NCBI GenBank assembly: GCA_030141605.1
Contig: JAQGDQ010000038.1
Coordinates: 806,001-870,000 of the forward strand
Source: Tubiluchus corallicola
Taxonomy: Eukaryota; Animalia; Priapulida
DNA: 64,000 nucleotides
Direction: 5' to 3'
Shown: positions 1 through 11,368 of the stretch, in pieces
Numbering within the stretch: the first letter of the stretch is position 1
Layout of the letters: the number at the start of each line of letters is the position of its first letter
Program-made: the position numbers and the translations under genes
The notes under the pieces: model-generated
The model's input: the letters and a program-made list of their open reading frames with translations, nothing else
What the model was told of the DNA's origin: nothing
Database searches by the model: none

Positions 1-270
1 ACCTTGTTAATCAATATGTTCAAGTCTTAGTTTTACGAAATAACTTAACATTTGCAGCAGTAACTAATGCCGAACCATTTACAGAAGCAGGCAATGAGTT
101 CCATATTTGAACAACCACTCATCATGATCAAATAAGAACAACACTCCAAAGATTAACATAACAACATTTAACGGAAAATCGGTATCATCGTGTATTATTA
201 ATGTATGTTACGTTAATAATATTTAACGTTAATTCCATTAACAAACAAATCAATAAATCACGATACTTAC

Positions 271-284
271 TGGAAATTCTCCAT
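271..284 (-). CDS. Candidate first coding exon (M-E-N-F-[Q/H], phase-2 intron) of a gene running off the left edge, divergent from NHP2
   Basis: Minus strand reads ...ttggcgcaagATGGAGAATTTCCA|GTAAGTatcg: good start context, perfect donor consensus, next to a CpG-richer patch at ~290-530. Only 14 coding nt, so identity is not established. Confidence 0.4.
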
Positions 285-1145
285 CTTGCGCCAACGCAGA
301 AGCAGAGAAAAACATTGAACGATGCATATTCATATTTACTGGGCCAATTTTTCTAAATATTAAAAATTCGCGAAACTTCTTCGGATTTCTGACAGAGAAG
401 TGAACGACTGAAACGTTCACCAGGCGCAACAGCCCGATCATTTAAATTAAATTCAACTTATTTGCAACCAACATACGGCCACAGTTGACGAACTCAAGCG
501 GCTGAGCCCCGCGTCGTACACGAGGTGTAGTGGAACATCCAATAGCATAATTACGTAGATCTGGAAGAGCTATAGAAATGAATCTTCAACATAATGATAC
601 TTGAAATGTATACATGGTTATATATTATTATTACATGTGTAAATTTTCATATCATTTGCAAACATCATAATTTTTATAGTAGCACACGTTTTGACTTTGC
701 TTTACATGTGCTTAGTGGGTTTGGTCAAGCAAAAGAACTAGGGAATATTGTTTGATCAAGAACGTAGATTAAATAAAAAATAATTAAGCTGATTAATCTG
801 CAATAAAGAAAGTCTTATACGAGTAATAATACTACTGAATAGTGATCGTAATTACTGTAATTCTAGATTTCTGGATAGGCCCTACTTCTCTCCTTGAAAT
901 GAAACGTTGTGAAATTATTCATAAATTGGTGCCCTTCTAGGCTACACCATAGAATAGAATTTTCATACATTTGATACATGTAATATTGCAACATTGAACA
1001 TTGTTATAGTTGTTAGTTAGTAGCAATTAATTTCAATTGGTGGGTATCAATTGTCCAATGACATTACACCCATTCTTCTGTGCATGCTATTTGCATGCTG
1101 TTTCAAACATTTTAATGATAAAGAACATATGGATGAATTGCTGAA

Positions 1146-1670
1146 TAGGGATGAGCATTCTCTACCAGAAAGCGAATTTAAATCGAAGCAAATATGTAAC
1201 TTGCAAATTCAAATCGAACCTCAGTGCTTCGAATACGAATCAAAATTGAATTGAGATTGAAAGATTTTCGAACAAGTTTTTGAACCACCAGTAAAAATTA
1301 GTCTTACATTGATCATGCATATATCTCGATTTTGTTCTGCAGTAAAATCACTAATAATTTCATTAAAATTGTGCAAAGAAATGACAGCTAAATTATGTAA
1401 TTGCATGATGTTTCAATCGTTTTAATGATAAAAATATCATTAAAACGATTGAAACATCATGCAATTACATAATTTAGCTGTCATTTCTTTGCACAATTTT
1501 AATGAAATTATTAGTGATTTTACTGCAGAACACGTGTGATTGAAATGCTAAATTATTCGAATCTACAGTTTTAGGTTCGAATCGTACTCGAACTAGTGCT
1601 GAATTATTTGAATCAATCATTTTAAATTCGATTTGCACGTTTGAACTCAAACGTTTGGTGCTCACCCCTA
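1146..1670. mobile_element. hAT-like non-autonomous element (MITE)
   Basis: Terminal inverted repeats TAGGGATGAGCA (1146) / TGCTCACCCCTA (1670) and repeated subterminal TTCGAA/ATCGAA motifs. No clear TSD. Confidence 0.55.
1333..1532. repeat. Perfect inverted repeat, 98-bp arms, 4-nt AAAA loop
   Basis: 1333-1430 is the reverse complement of 1435-1532 with no mismatch found by eye. Confidence 0.95.
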
Positions 1671-2099
1671 ATGGTCTTATCTATGTTAAACATTAAAACC
1701 GCAGAAACCGCATGAATCTGTAGGCTGGTATCAAATAATTAATTACTTGCCAATACTTTTCCTGAATTTTGGACTAAGTTTAACACACTAACTGTGGCCT
1801 GTGGCCACTAGTGGCTCAGATTCTATATGCCAATGTGGTTAACGCTGTTGGGCACTGATTACCGCACTAGCCCGTATACCCGTCAGTGACGATACTAACG
1901 GATACTTAGTTCATTCCATTTGGACCAAATCGCATGCGGGCTTCAAAATCCAGCAGCAAAAATTTAACCGAATTTAGCTTAGCTTAGTCCTATTTCACTG
2001 TGAAGACACCAAAGAAAATAACGCACGGAATTGCTATCAATAAACCTGAAAAAATTCCAATTTTTTAACGAAATTCATGCAGCAAGAAAATCGTTGTTA

Positions 2100-2330
2100 T
2101 TTTGTGCACCCATTAAAAAACAAGACAGCACAGCGGTGTTGTTGCAACCTTATAAATTGTATTATGAGCATTTGTGGGATGATCGGGAGAAACTTTACAG
2201 TTACATTAGAATAACCCTGGATACTTTCAACGAGTTATTAGCTTTACTGCAGGACTCGAATACAAAGAAGTTGTAAAATTCAGAGATTACATTGTCTCTT
2301 TAAGAAGCTCGTAGTAACCTTCCTTTAGGT
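2100..2330 (+). pseudogene. Degenerate PIF/Harbinger transposase N-terminal fragment
   Basis: Frameshifted translation VHP..LYYEHLWDDREKLYSYIRITLDTFNELLALLQDSNTKK..FRD.I...KL.VT resembles the Harbinger transposase N-terminus (D.EKF..Y.RM...TF..LL.LL...I.K....FR..I.....L.VTLR), followed by a GTAAC donor-like site. Confidence 0.6.
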
Positions 2331-4089
2331 AACATGAATTTCAATGCATGTCATAACGGTTATTTCTGCTTTTTCTTTAAACAGAAAACGAATGTTATAA
2401 TGATTGAATGCCTTAATAAAACATAAACTCGTTTTCATGTTAATAGCAATATTAATTCCTATTTTTTATGCTGAAGTATGTTAATTGTTGTTAGTTAAAT
2501 AAGAAACATAAGAAAGGATTTTCTCCTTGAGGAATGTTCCCTGGGCATCCTCACTGTTAAATGGACCATAGAGATGGAGTCTGTTCTGGTTTGTGCTTGT
2601 TTATTTCATAATAAAATGTCAATATAATTTAAATATAAATTATACATTCTATAAAATAAAATTATTATTAGTTCTGAGGCAGCTCTATTGCAAAATATTA
2701 CGCTACCTAGAGACTTTAAAAAAAGTATTACAAAATGATATAGCAGAAATTATTACTTTTGAAAAGCAAGTTTTTGTCACTTCATGCATACACTTATTTC
2801 TTTATAGCAAACATTGTCCTGAAAAACTCAAAATTTAATTGCTATTACTACTAGCAATACAGTAAACCAGAAAAAGGTACAAATAGCTTGAACTTAATGC
2901 AAATTAAACAAAACTAGACACAAGTTAATAAAAAACTTGAATTTTTTCACTTAACACTTCTTAGAATGATATTTAGGTGCCTCACGAAATTTAACTCCTT
3001 CAGGAACGCGCCGTTCAAATACATGTAGGTCTTATAAAACCTATGACATTTCTGCTACTGTATGAGCACATAAATAGCGAAATAAATACAAATTAGGTAC
3101 TGTTCTATTCAGGAGAATATTGGCTATCCAAATGTGCTATTTGTTTAAACATTTATGAGTGACTTAATCGGATAAAATTAAGAACTCCCCTTTAAGGTAC
3201 CCAACTTATTATATTGAATAGCTTAGCCTGGTGTACACATGCGTGATCGTACACACTAATTGAAAGTCTGCTTGCTTGGCAGTGCTTGCTACTAGCTGAA
3301 AAGTGTTCCCTATCTTTGCTAACAGTCCAGTCTGCTATTCCAGGAAAAACCAGCCGATCAGGTAAGGGCAAATTAAGGTCGTTTGATATTTTTAAGAATT
3401 TCTTCTGAAATATAAAGTAGATTTCAGGCTAAAGTGTATCAGAGTGATGTGACTGGCTAGTTGAAATTTTCTGCATTAGCCAATTTCGCAAAAGTGATAC
3501 CATACATTATTATGGTGTTAACATTGCAGTTTATTAATTGCAGTATACTGGAAGCTTTTTCAATTTATTCGTTAAAAAATAATTTTTAATTTGTCTAAGG
3601 TAGGCAGATGCATTTCATATATAAGTCTGCATGAAACCCATGGCGTGAGATGTAGAAACCTACAAAATTTATCGAAATTAAGATGACGTAATCGCTGGCT
3701 TAATTTCATGAACCCACGAAAGGAAAATGAAACAAACGCTTATGAATACGGTACTGATGGAGTTAATCATTTCCACAAATCTTCATATTAATTAGTATTT
3801 AAACAAATAATTATAATCTTATTATAATTAAACAAAATTGTTGCAAACACACAATAAATTAAAACATGAAATTTCGAAGTGTTACAGGAAATGCGAAAAA
3901 GTTAAGTTGGGCTGCCCACATACCGCACCTCAATTTTAATGCATGCATAGTAACTGGGCTTACCGCAGCATGCGGCGCCCAACAAACGTGATTCGCTCTT
4001 CGGTTTTCGACGATTCCATAATTTTTGTAACATACCTGGCGAAAAGAGCAGTTATAAAATAAAAGGTTTATTATTTTCAACTACAGACG

Positions 4090-4276
4090 ATGGGCAAGGA
4101 AAAGAGGAAGAAATCTGAATCTGGTGACGTTTCGGTTGAGGCTGGTAAAGATGTATCGCTACCCCTTGAAGAAGCAAAGGTGTCTTATTCAGATAAATGC
4201 AAACATGTGTCACCGATTTCACAGCCTTTGTTGTCTAAAAAGTTAGCAAAAAAACTTTATAAAGTGATTAGGAAGG
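4090..4276 (+). CDS. NHP2: H/ACA ribonucleoprotein complex subunit 2 (NHP2, L7Ae family), coding exon 1 of 4
   Basis: MGKEKRKK...VSPISQPLLSKKLAKKLYKVIRK, then AAG G|gtatgt donor (phase 1). Matches the NHP2 motif PIAQPLASRRLTRKLYKCIKK. Confidence 0.93.
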
Positions 4277-4324
4277 GTATGTGTACTTTCTAATAATTTA
4301 GGTATAATGTGGTATTGATAAGGT

Positions 4325-4569
4325 GTTTGGTTAGTCATATTATTTAACTATTATTACCTTTGTGTACCGATGCTAACTAAATCATAAATTACTTCAAATG
4401 TTGAAAACACTTTACAATGTTCTGACGTTTGCGTTAATACTTACAAGTTTGGTTAGTCATATTATTTAACTATTATTACCTTTGTGTACCGATGCTAACT
4501 AAATCATAAATTACTTCAAATGTTGACAACACTTTACAATGTTCTGACGTTTGCGTTAATACTTACAAG
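4325..4569. repeat. Tandem duplication, 2 x 122 bp, in NHP2 intron 1
   Basis: GTTTGGTTAGTCATATT...ATACTTACAAG begins at 4325 and again at 4447; one mismatch seen (gaaaac/gacaac). Confidence 0.92.
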
Positions 4570-4651
4570 CAAAGCTTGCAGGTCAGCTCAAAGTTTAATG
4601 CGTATATTAATATTGATAATATGCGTATATTTTGATTGCTTATGTTTTTAG

Positions 4652-4721
4652 CTGCTCAAACAAAACAACTACGGCGAGGAGTTCGAGAAGTGCAAAAATT
4701 TGTGCGAAAAGGTGAAACTGG
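4652..4721 (+). CDS. NHP2: NHP2 coding exon 2
   Basis: ttttag|CTGCT...ACTGG|gtatgt; encodes AAQTKQLRRGVREVQKFVRKGETG (NHP2 motif RRGVKEVQKF..KGE.G). Phases are consistent. Confidence 0.95.
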
Positions 4722-5129
4722 GTATGTACATCACAGTATCAACCTGGAATGTGGTCCTAAGGCATTTCCTAACCATTGATTAGCAGTTTTATTGAGTACT
4801 TGAACATTAAGATTTTGCCAAAAGTTTCTAAATTTTGAGTTTGGGTGGCATGTTAATTCAAGCTGTAGCCAGAGTAATATAACTGTTTAATTTTAGATCC
4901 ATGTTTTGTTTAGTTATTGAAGTACGGTAAAAAGTATGCATTTTAAGATTTATAACAATGGCAAACTGGTTCTGATACTTAAATGTAAAGTAAAATTTAT
5001 TTATATAGTGCACTACATCATTTAAAGTTTCAGCATGCTACAATAAAATAACTTTAAAATTCATATGGAACATAAAATTGAATAGACATTAAAAATTAAA
5101 AATAATTCATTATGAAAAGGACAATTTAA

Positions 5130-5671
5130 AGGAAGACCAGACGATTGTTTAGACTCAATGTCATTTTAATTTACTGTCCAAAATATACATTTTCTTGCCT
5201 ATAAAAGTTAACATTTGTTCCTTATATTTGAATAATTAGCTTAGAAAGTTAACTAACGGCAATGGAACACAGCTATTGCTTATGTCAGAAATTAACCACA
5301 GTTTGTGCAATGGCAGGCGTCTTCCCTTGCGCATCAAGCACATTTGCAAGGGTGTTACAACACTACATGATGTCACAAAAAATGGGCTTTACATCATATG
5401 ACATCATGAAACTAACACAGCAGTTCGTGATTATGGTTATCACTGTTCCGCCTTCTATTTTTCGGCCACGCGCACGTGACAAAAGTACGCAGCTGCCAAT
5501 CTTATTAGATTCACCGAGCCGTGTGTAGCTTTGAAAGCTTAACAAAATTTGAGTATCCGAGGTAATTATTAGTTAATGTAAGCTTTGATTTAAAATAAGC
5601 TATTGTAGTTTTCAATATTTTAGAGTATTCTTTATTCTGAACTCGTGTTTACCCAATCATCCAGTTTTCCT
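5130..5671. mobile_element. Kolobok-like MITE, copy 1 (TTAA target)
   Basis: ttaa|AGGAAGACCAGACGATTGTTTAGAC...GTTTACCCAATCATCCAGTTTTCCT|ttaa; near-identical copy at 16743-17291. Confidence 0.8.
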
Positions 5672-5689
5672 TTAAACAAATGTGTTTTA

Positions 5690-6290
5690 AGATGTTGTTT
5701 AAAACAGTCTAATGAATTTATAGAACGTATAACCACATGTAAGTTATTCCAGAGATGCAGAGCACAGACAGGAAAAGCTTTTCACCATAAAATACTATAT
5801 TAGGGATAGGCTGATGTAAATTAATTCAATGTTCATTAATATTAGAACGAACGTGTTCGGCCTATGTTATGGCATATTAAAAGATCAGCAGGGTATGCAG
5901 GTGCCAAACCAGGTGCAACTCTCTTTGAATGGGTGTAATGTGATCATATTTTCTATTTTTGGTAATGAGACAGGAGGCGGGCTTCTGAATTAGCTGGAGT
6001 TTACAATTTTCATGTTCAGAGAGTCCAAAAAGTAAACTATTGCAATAATCAAGGTTGGTCGTTATGATGGCATTTATGAGTTTTTCAGTTGTGTGCTGAT
6101 TGAGAATATGTCTGATTTTTCCAATTTTCTTCAGCATCAATGATGCTGACCCTCTAAGGTTCCTTGCATGGTTTGACATAGTGCTAAATGTGTCAAAAGT
6201 TGCTCCAAGATTTTTTACAGTTTTGGAAAGACTGACACTCACGTCACCAATCTCTACAAAACATGAAAGAGATCACGAGAAGCTCCTTGA
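5690..6290 (-). mobile_element. L2/Crack-type LINE reverse-transcriptase C-terminal fragment (degenerate), NHP2 intron 2
   Basis: ORF 5877-6242(-): VKNLGATFD...LDYCNSLLFGL...KLQLIQ..A..LIT...KYDHITPI.RELH, hallmark L2-clade motifs. Confidence 0.88.
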
Positions 6291-6349
6291 AATTTAGTCA
6301 AGAAATGAACTAATTCTACTTAAACAATAGGTTCAAAACTTAACTAATT

Positions 6350-6800
6350 GTGGGAAGCCCAACTAGTGATGACATAACAACTGAATAATATTTTCAATAG
6401 CACAAACATTCCATGAGCGTGTTGCATATGTTTGCAAAAGCGAATTTGAAGTACGTACTACGTACAAAATTTTGTATGATATACGAAAACATGGCAAATT
6501 TTAAGTTTAATATTCAAATTTCAAATTTATTGTTGTACTCACGCAAGAGCTCTTGATTTGTGCACTATGTCGCAATTGAACACCTCTGAAGTACATGTAC
6601 AGCATCTCCGTTTTTGTACATTGCGTTTCTGAGACTCGGCACTAGTACCCATCAAACTATTGAATGGCGAAATGCATGTAATAGCGAAAAATTGGCTGCA
6701 CGACTACAAAATTACATTTGTGTGGTAATAATTCTTTCACATACATGTTCTTTTTCAATATTCTACAGTGTAGATTGTTTTGATCTGTCGTTTTAGAACT
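6350..6800. mobile_element. Diverged dispersed repeat related to the element at 34803-35367
   Basis: Collinear shared blocks TTTCAA(T/C)AGCACAAACATT, TTCAAATTTCAAATTTA, GAACACCT, AATGCATGTAAT, TTTGTGTGGTA...TTCTTTCAC. Confidence 0.65.
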
Positions 6801-6975
6801 AGTCCAATTTTCTGGGCTGAAACCAAGTCCAACTCATCTATCAAGGGAAAAGTGCAAAACCAATAAAAAAATGTTGTGTGAGATTCTGAGTATTGGTAAG
6901 AGTTAATTACTATAATTGTTTTTGCTTATGTTCCAAATGCATGCAAACTTCACTGTTATAAAACTGCTTTTTTAG

Positions 6976-7081
6976 GATTGTAATATTTGCCGGAGATACA
7001 TTTCCAATAGATGTTATCTGTCACATGCCCCTTGTCTGTGAAGAAAAAAAGATACCTTATGGATATGTGCCATCTAAAGAG
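6976..7081 (+). CDS. NHP2: NHP2 coding exon 3
   Basis: ttttag|GATTGTA...AAAGAG|gtgagt; encodes [35 protein letters not shown] (L7Ae core). Confidence 0.96.
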
Positions 7082-7129
7082 GTGAGTGCTATTGTAAATG
7101 ATAACATTTTCCCTTATTACAAAGGTTTA

Positions 7130-7520
7130 TTTAACTGTTTTGCGCTTTGTAAACATGGCACATTGTCCACCACTACTGCCCATGATGCATCATCCCTCAA
7201 ATCTAGAGTTGTATTTGCTAAGTCTTTTTGCAATATACATTAGCAGTTTACCCCTTTCAGCTTTTTTGATGTTTCAAGAGTTTTACGTAGTCCTATGTGA
7301 AGAGGAGGCTGTTCAGGTCATCTTAGTGCATGCCCAATCCAATGCAGTCTTCTACTTGCATATGTTTACTTCAAGGATTCTTCTTCACCAAATCATACAG
7401 ATCATCATTGGAATATTGTGTTAGGCCATTTAACATTTAACAATTTTCCATATAGAAACGTTTTTGAAAAGCCTCCTCAGTTTCCTCTGTTGTTTAACTT
7501 TTAATGTCCATTGTCCATAG
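7130..7520 (-). mobile_element. RTE-type LINE 3' fragment (degenerate), NHP2 intron 3
   Basis: Minus strand, with frameshifts: WTLKVKQQRKL..LLNVKWP..SNDDLY..RRLHWIGHALR*PEQP, typical RTE ORF C-terminus. Confidence 0.75.
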
Positions 7521-8392
7521 CTAAACATTGCACAAAAACAGGGGTTAAGTTAAAGTTGAAAGGATCTGAACTGTATCTGGCATCAATAGGATTTTACCAC
7601 AACATTCCTTTATTGGCAGTGCCAGTAATTTTTTTCTACAGATCACCACAAGTATTATACAATGCTTTATGCTGCCAGCTGGAGTTCAGTATTTGGTAGA
7701 GAGCCTACTGTTAATGTCGAAAGACCGTGGTGGCACCAGAATCTAGTTAAGATGAAACACTGAATGGACAGATGCATCTTAACAATGTTCACCTGCATAT
7801 AACTCCTTACCTAATGAAAGAAATTATAGGTGGAGGCATTATCGCAGGTAAAGTAGCTCAGATGCAGTTTTTCTATGTTACCTGTCCATTTAGTAAACAA
7901 CCTAAGCTCTGCTAAATTTTTGTTACCTGAACATGCTGTGACCCTTCAACGATTCATGCCATGACCCTTAAACATATTAATACCATTTAAATCAACTATC
8001 TTTATCTGCTAATTTTTGCCAACCAATAAATTGTTGGCCATATTTTATCATCCAGCAAAGATTACACCTTTATCACCATTGTCCAAGTTTTTTTTTGTTT
8101 TTCACATTTTTTACAATAATTGTGCATGTATACTGAAAAAATTCCCATATAATACTAACAAATGTTATAGACTCTGTAACGTTTGTTGAAGGTTTCAATG
8201 TGTCGCGTCATAACCTGTCTAATAGTGTATCGTATCATAAAACGTGTCATAATGATTGAAACTTCAGCATGGGAATAGTTTCAAAGTAAATAAAGTAAAT
8301 TTCTTGAACAGCAAAACAGGTGTTTTTTATTTTAGACTGGCATTTTTGTATTGAAGCCTGTTTGTTACTATAATATGTAAAGTCAAAGTCAT

Positions 8393-8510
8393 GTAACGGT
8401 TAGAGTAACTACCTGGAAAGCAGAAGGTCTTGGGTTCAAGTCCCAATGGAAATTTTTCAGTCTTTGTAATTTCGTATTGCTTTCACGTATTTGTCTGGAT
8501 AAACTGCTGT
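8393..8510 (+). mobile_element. tRNA-derived SINE-like repeat (Gly-like body, GGA loop family)
   Basis: CCTGGAAAGCAGAAGGTCTTGGGTTCAAGTCCCAATGG (B box) plus a shared 3' flank; related copies at ~26345, 26550, 28845, 37690 and 37875. Confidence 0.7.
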
Positions 8511-8692
8511 TGAACATACTATATTTTTAGTTAGTTTACATATCAACTGGTATCAAAAAGCATTAGTGCGGAAAATTTAATATTGACGTGAAATACAAAA
8601 AGTAGCAAGAACATAAGAGGATGTTATACCACATTACGGCGTATTACATTTTGCAGCTTATTACGTTTCTAATTTTTTTTTTATACTTGTAG

Positions 8693-8833
8693 GAACTGGG
8701 AGCTGCATGCGGCTCAAAACGACCAACCTGTATGTTGTTAATAAAAAAGAATGAAGCTTATGAAGATTCTTGGATTGAATGTTACAATGAAATCAAATCT
8801 CTTCCATCGCCACTTATAGAAAACAAGACGTGA
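8693..8833 (+). CDS. NHP2: NHP2 coding exon 4 (stop TGA 8831-8833)
   Basis: ttgtag|GAACTGGGA...; encodes ELGAACGSKRPTCMLLIKKNEAYEDSWIECYNEIKSLPSPLIENKT* (cf. LGAAAGSKRPTC). Spliced CDS is 504 nt = 167 aa. Confidence 0.96.
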   Translation, partial: ELGAACGSKRPTCMLLIKKNEAYEDSWIECYNEIKSLPSPLIENKT

Positions 8834-9835
8834 CAATTGGTCACTCATTATCGATCTTTGGGTACTATTAGTCAAAAATCTACTCATTCCCTTTCAGTGA
8901 ACGTTATTACACATGAACTGAATTACTTAATGTGTTTACAGAACTACCGTTGCCACCTATACTAATCTATAAGAAACCATCTGCAAGTCAACTGCCACTA
9001 TAAAATTTCTGTTTTATTTTTAATTTGCAGCTGGATTAGTTTCTAAACTGTGAACCAATACTGAACTGCTCCTTCACTGGAGCAAAAGTTCTTTTGAACA
9101 TATGAGTTCCCTAAATTTTTTTATTTTGTAGACATTTTGCTGCTTGTAAAGCATTTTCAAGATAATTTTCAATATATTTAATACTCATTTATATTGAGAA
9201 TCCTCTGTGATGAGCGAAACGTCAGTTAAATCTAGAAAGTATTCAGGTATGTAAATTTGCCACAAGTTGAAGATCTGTAAGTCCAAATAGTTTTTGCTAG
9301 CAATTAAAAAATAATTATTTTAAAAACACTTCTTACTTGTTAGGTAAAAATGTCCATTGAATTGAATGCAGACACATGTTCAGTAAAAAAACATTGATTA
9401 TGTTAATATACAATGTTATTCACTTGCCATATTTTCACTTTCATAAATGTCTCACGTCAGTTATTAGCAAATGTAACATTGTAGTTTACAAAGTGATTTT
9501 GTGCAGTTTAACTCCATTCCACGCTGCAACTGTCACACTAGCTCCATGTTGTAGTTCAGTTTGAAAACTTGACAGATTATTACTCATACTACGAGACAGA
9601 AGTGATGAAAAATTGTCAACGAGATTTAGTCTTATTAGATTTTCTACCTTTTTTTGTAAGAAAAATATCTTTCTTGATTTGCATTCTATTTATTGAAAGG
9701 AATATGCATATTTAGACGTTCAGATGTTAGATTTTTTATTCATTTCAAATTCAGAATAAATTTTGCTTCTCTTCTTGAAATAAGTTTATATGAACAAAGG
9801 AACAGAATTTTTACATAGCAGAATAGAATGTCTAA

Positions 9836-10042
9836 TGGCGCGTTCAGACTAGAGAGTTCTCTCACACCTTATTGCATAACTTCTGTCTGAGAGTAAATGC
9901 AGAAGTGTGAGGGACTTGGCAACTTCTCTTGCAACTTATAGCACAGCTTTTCTCTGAGAGTGACAACTTGCACATGAACTCGCAGCAACTTTCACAGAAT
10001 TTGCAATAAATTGTGAGAAAACTCTCTAGTCTGTACACTCCA
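9836..10042. mobile_element. Harbinger-like foldback MITE
   Basis: Long imperfect TIRs TGGCGCGTTCAGACTAGAGAGTTCTCTCACACCTTATTGCA / TGCAATAAATTGTGAGAAAACTCTCTAGTCTGTACACTCCA. Confidence 0.75.
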
Positions 10043-10581
10043 TATTACTGTCTTGCCCTGTTGTTGTTTTAAGGACAGTTGTGACTTCAAATCATATCAA
10101 ATAAAATTTGAAGTGACGGGTCATAGTTTGCCTGAGTAACTTTGCATGTTGCATTCTGATGTTGTACTTCACTTGAGTTTGTCAGAGTTAGAGCTAGTAT
10201 GATATAATCATGATGGAATAAAAAAGTAAAATCTGTATTATCAAAATGTAATTGCAATTTATTTACAGTGTGTAGGTGAAAAGGTAACAAACGAATTTAA
10301 ATTGTATTGTGAACAGTATTTCATTTCTGATGGTTAAATTTGCGATGATTGTGTTCTATGTTTGAAATGTCACAATGTAAATTTGGTACATTAAAAGTTG
10401 GTATACAAAAAGTATCGTATGAAAATTACATCCTGGTGGTTGTTTCAAAGAAAAAGTTTAATTTTATGAAAATAATGAAGTTTCTGATGACTCATTTGAT
10501 CTTGCACTGAGTTGTTATTTTGCTCATTCATTAATTTTGGAGAAACATAAAAATTTTATTAATAACTTTAGTAACTAAGCA

Positions 10582-10740
10582 CAGATAAGCAGACAGGCAG
10601 GCAGATGGCACAGACAGGTAGACTGCGACAGGCAGGCGGGTAGACTGGGACAGACAAGCAGGCAGACTTGACAGACAGCTAAGCTGGGATAGACAAGCAA
10701 GCAGTCTGGGACAGATAGGCAGGCTGGGGCAGACAGACAG
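10582..10740. repeat. Degenerate (GACA/GGCA)n simple repeat
   Basis: Runs of agacaggcaggcag and ctgggacagac. Confidence 0.8.
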
Positions 10741-11304
10741 TAATTTTTCAACTCGATTAAAGATATAATTGAGTTACGTTTTTAGCTGAGCAAATTGGCA
10801 ATTACATTTTAGTTTATAAAATTGCATAGACAAATTATATGTAAACTATTAAACAAAAACACGCATTGTTAGAGCGCCAAACTGCACTTTTAAGGTGTGT
10901 ATTTCAAGGTAAATAGTTTTACATTGTATAGTGTCAGTGTAACAGGTCAGACTAACAGTTTTTAAATTTTGATATAAAATATCAGATAGAGAATTAAAAT
11001 TAGATTTAACAGCTGTACGTGAAAAAGGTGCTGTGTGTGTTGTTCACAGAAAGGTCAATGCCAGCAAAAATACATTAAGTGCACATATAATTATGAAACA
11101 AAATTACTAATTTGATTTAGATATAGATCAGATTTATAGCAAACTCTTCTTGAAGGAATTCTGTCACATGTAGCATTTTATCTCACAAAACTGCAACAGC
11201 ATCGCAACGCGTTTCCGTTGAATATCTAGACTGATATTTTTTCGGTCGCCCCGGTGTGATATACTAACTCCTATTGTTATTATAGTAATGAAAAATTAAT
11301 TCTT

Positions 11305-11368
11305 TATAGCCAGGACTCGAACCTATCGCCTTCTGTGTGCAAGCTGCGGGCTGTATCCAGTGAGTATC
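11305..11368 (-). mobile_element. tRNA-derived SINE fragment
   Basis: Minus strand ...GCTTGCACACAGAAGGCGATAGGTTCGAGTCCTGGCT: B box and T-arm, no intact cloverleaf. Confidence 0.5.

Noticed and set aside
4795-4960. Second possible H/ACA RNA in NHP2 intron 2 (hairpin plus AGAGTA)
   Set aside because: No credible second hairpin, and the motifs are expected by chance in AT-rich DNA.
9190-9230. Hammerhead-like CTGTGATGAGCGAAACGTCAG in the NHP2 3' region
   Set aside because: The CUGANGA core is not intact; at best a dead Penelope-end relic.
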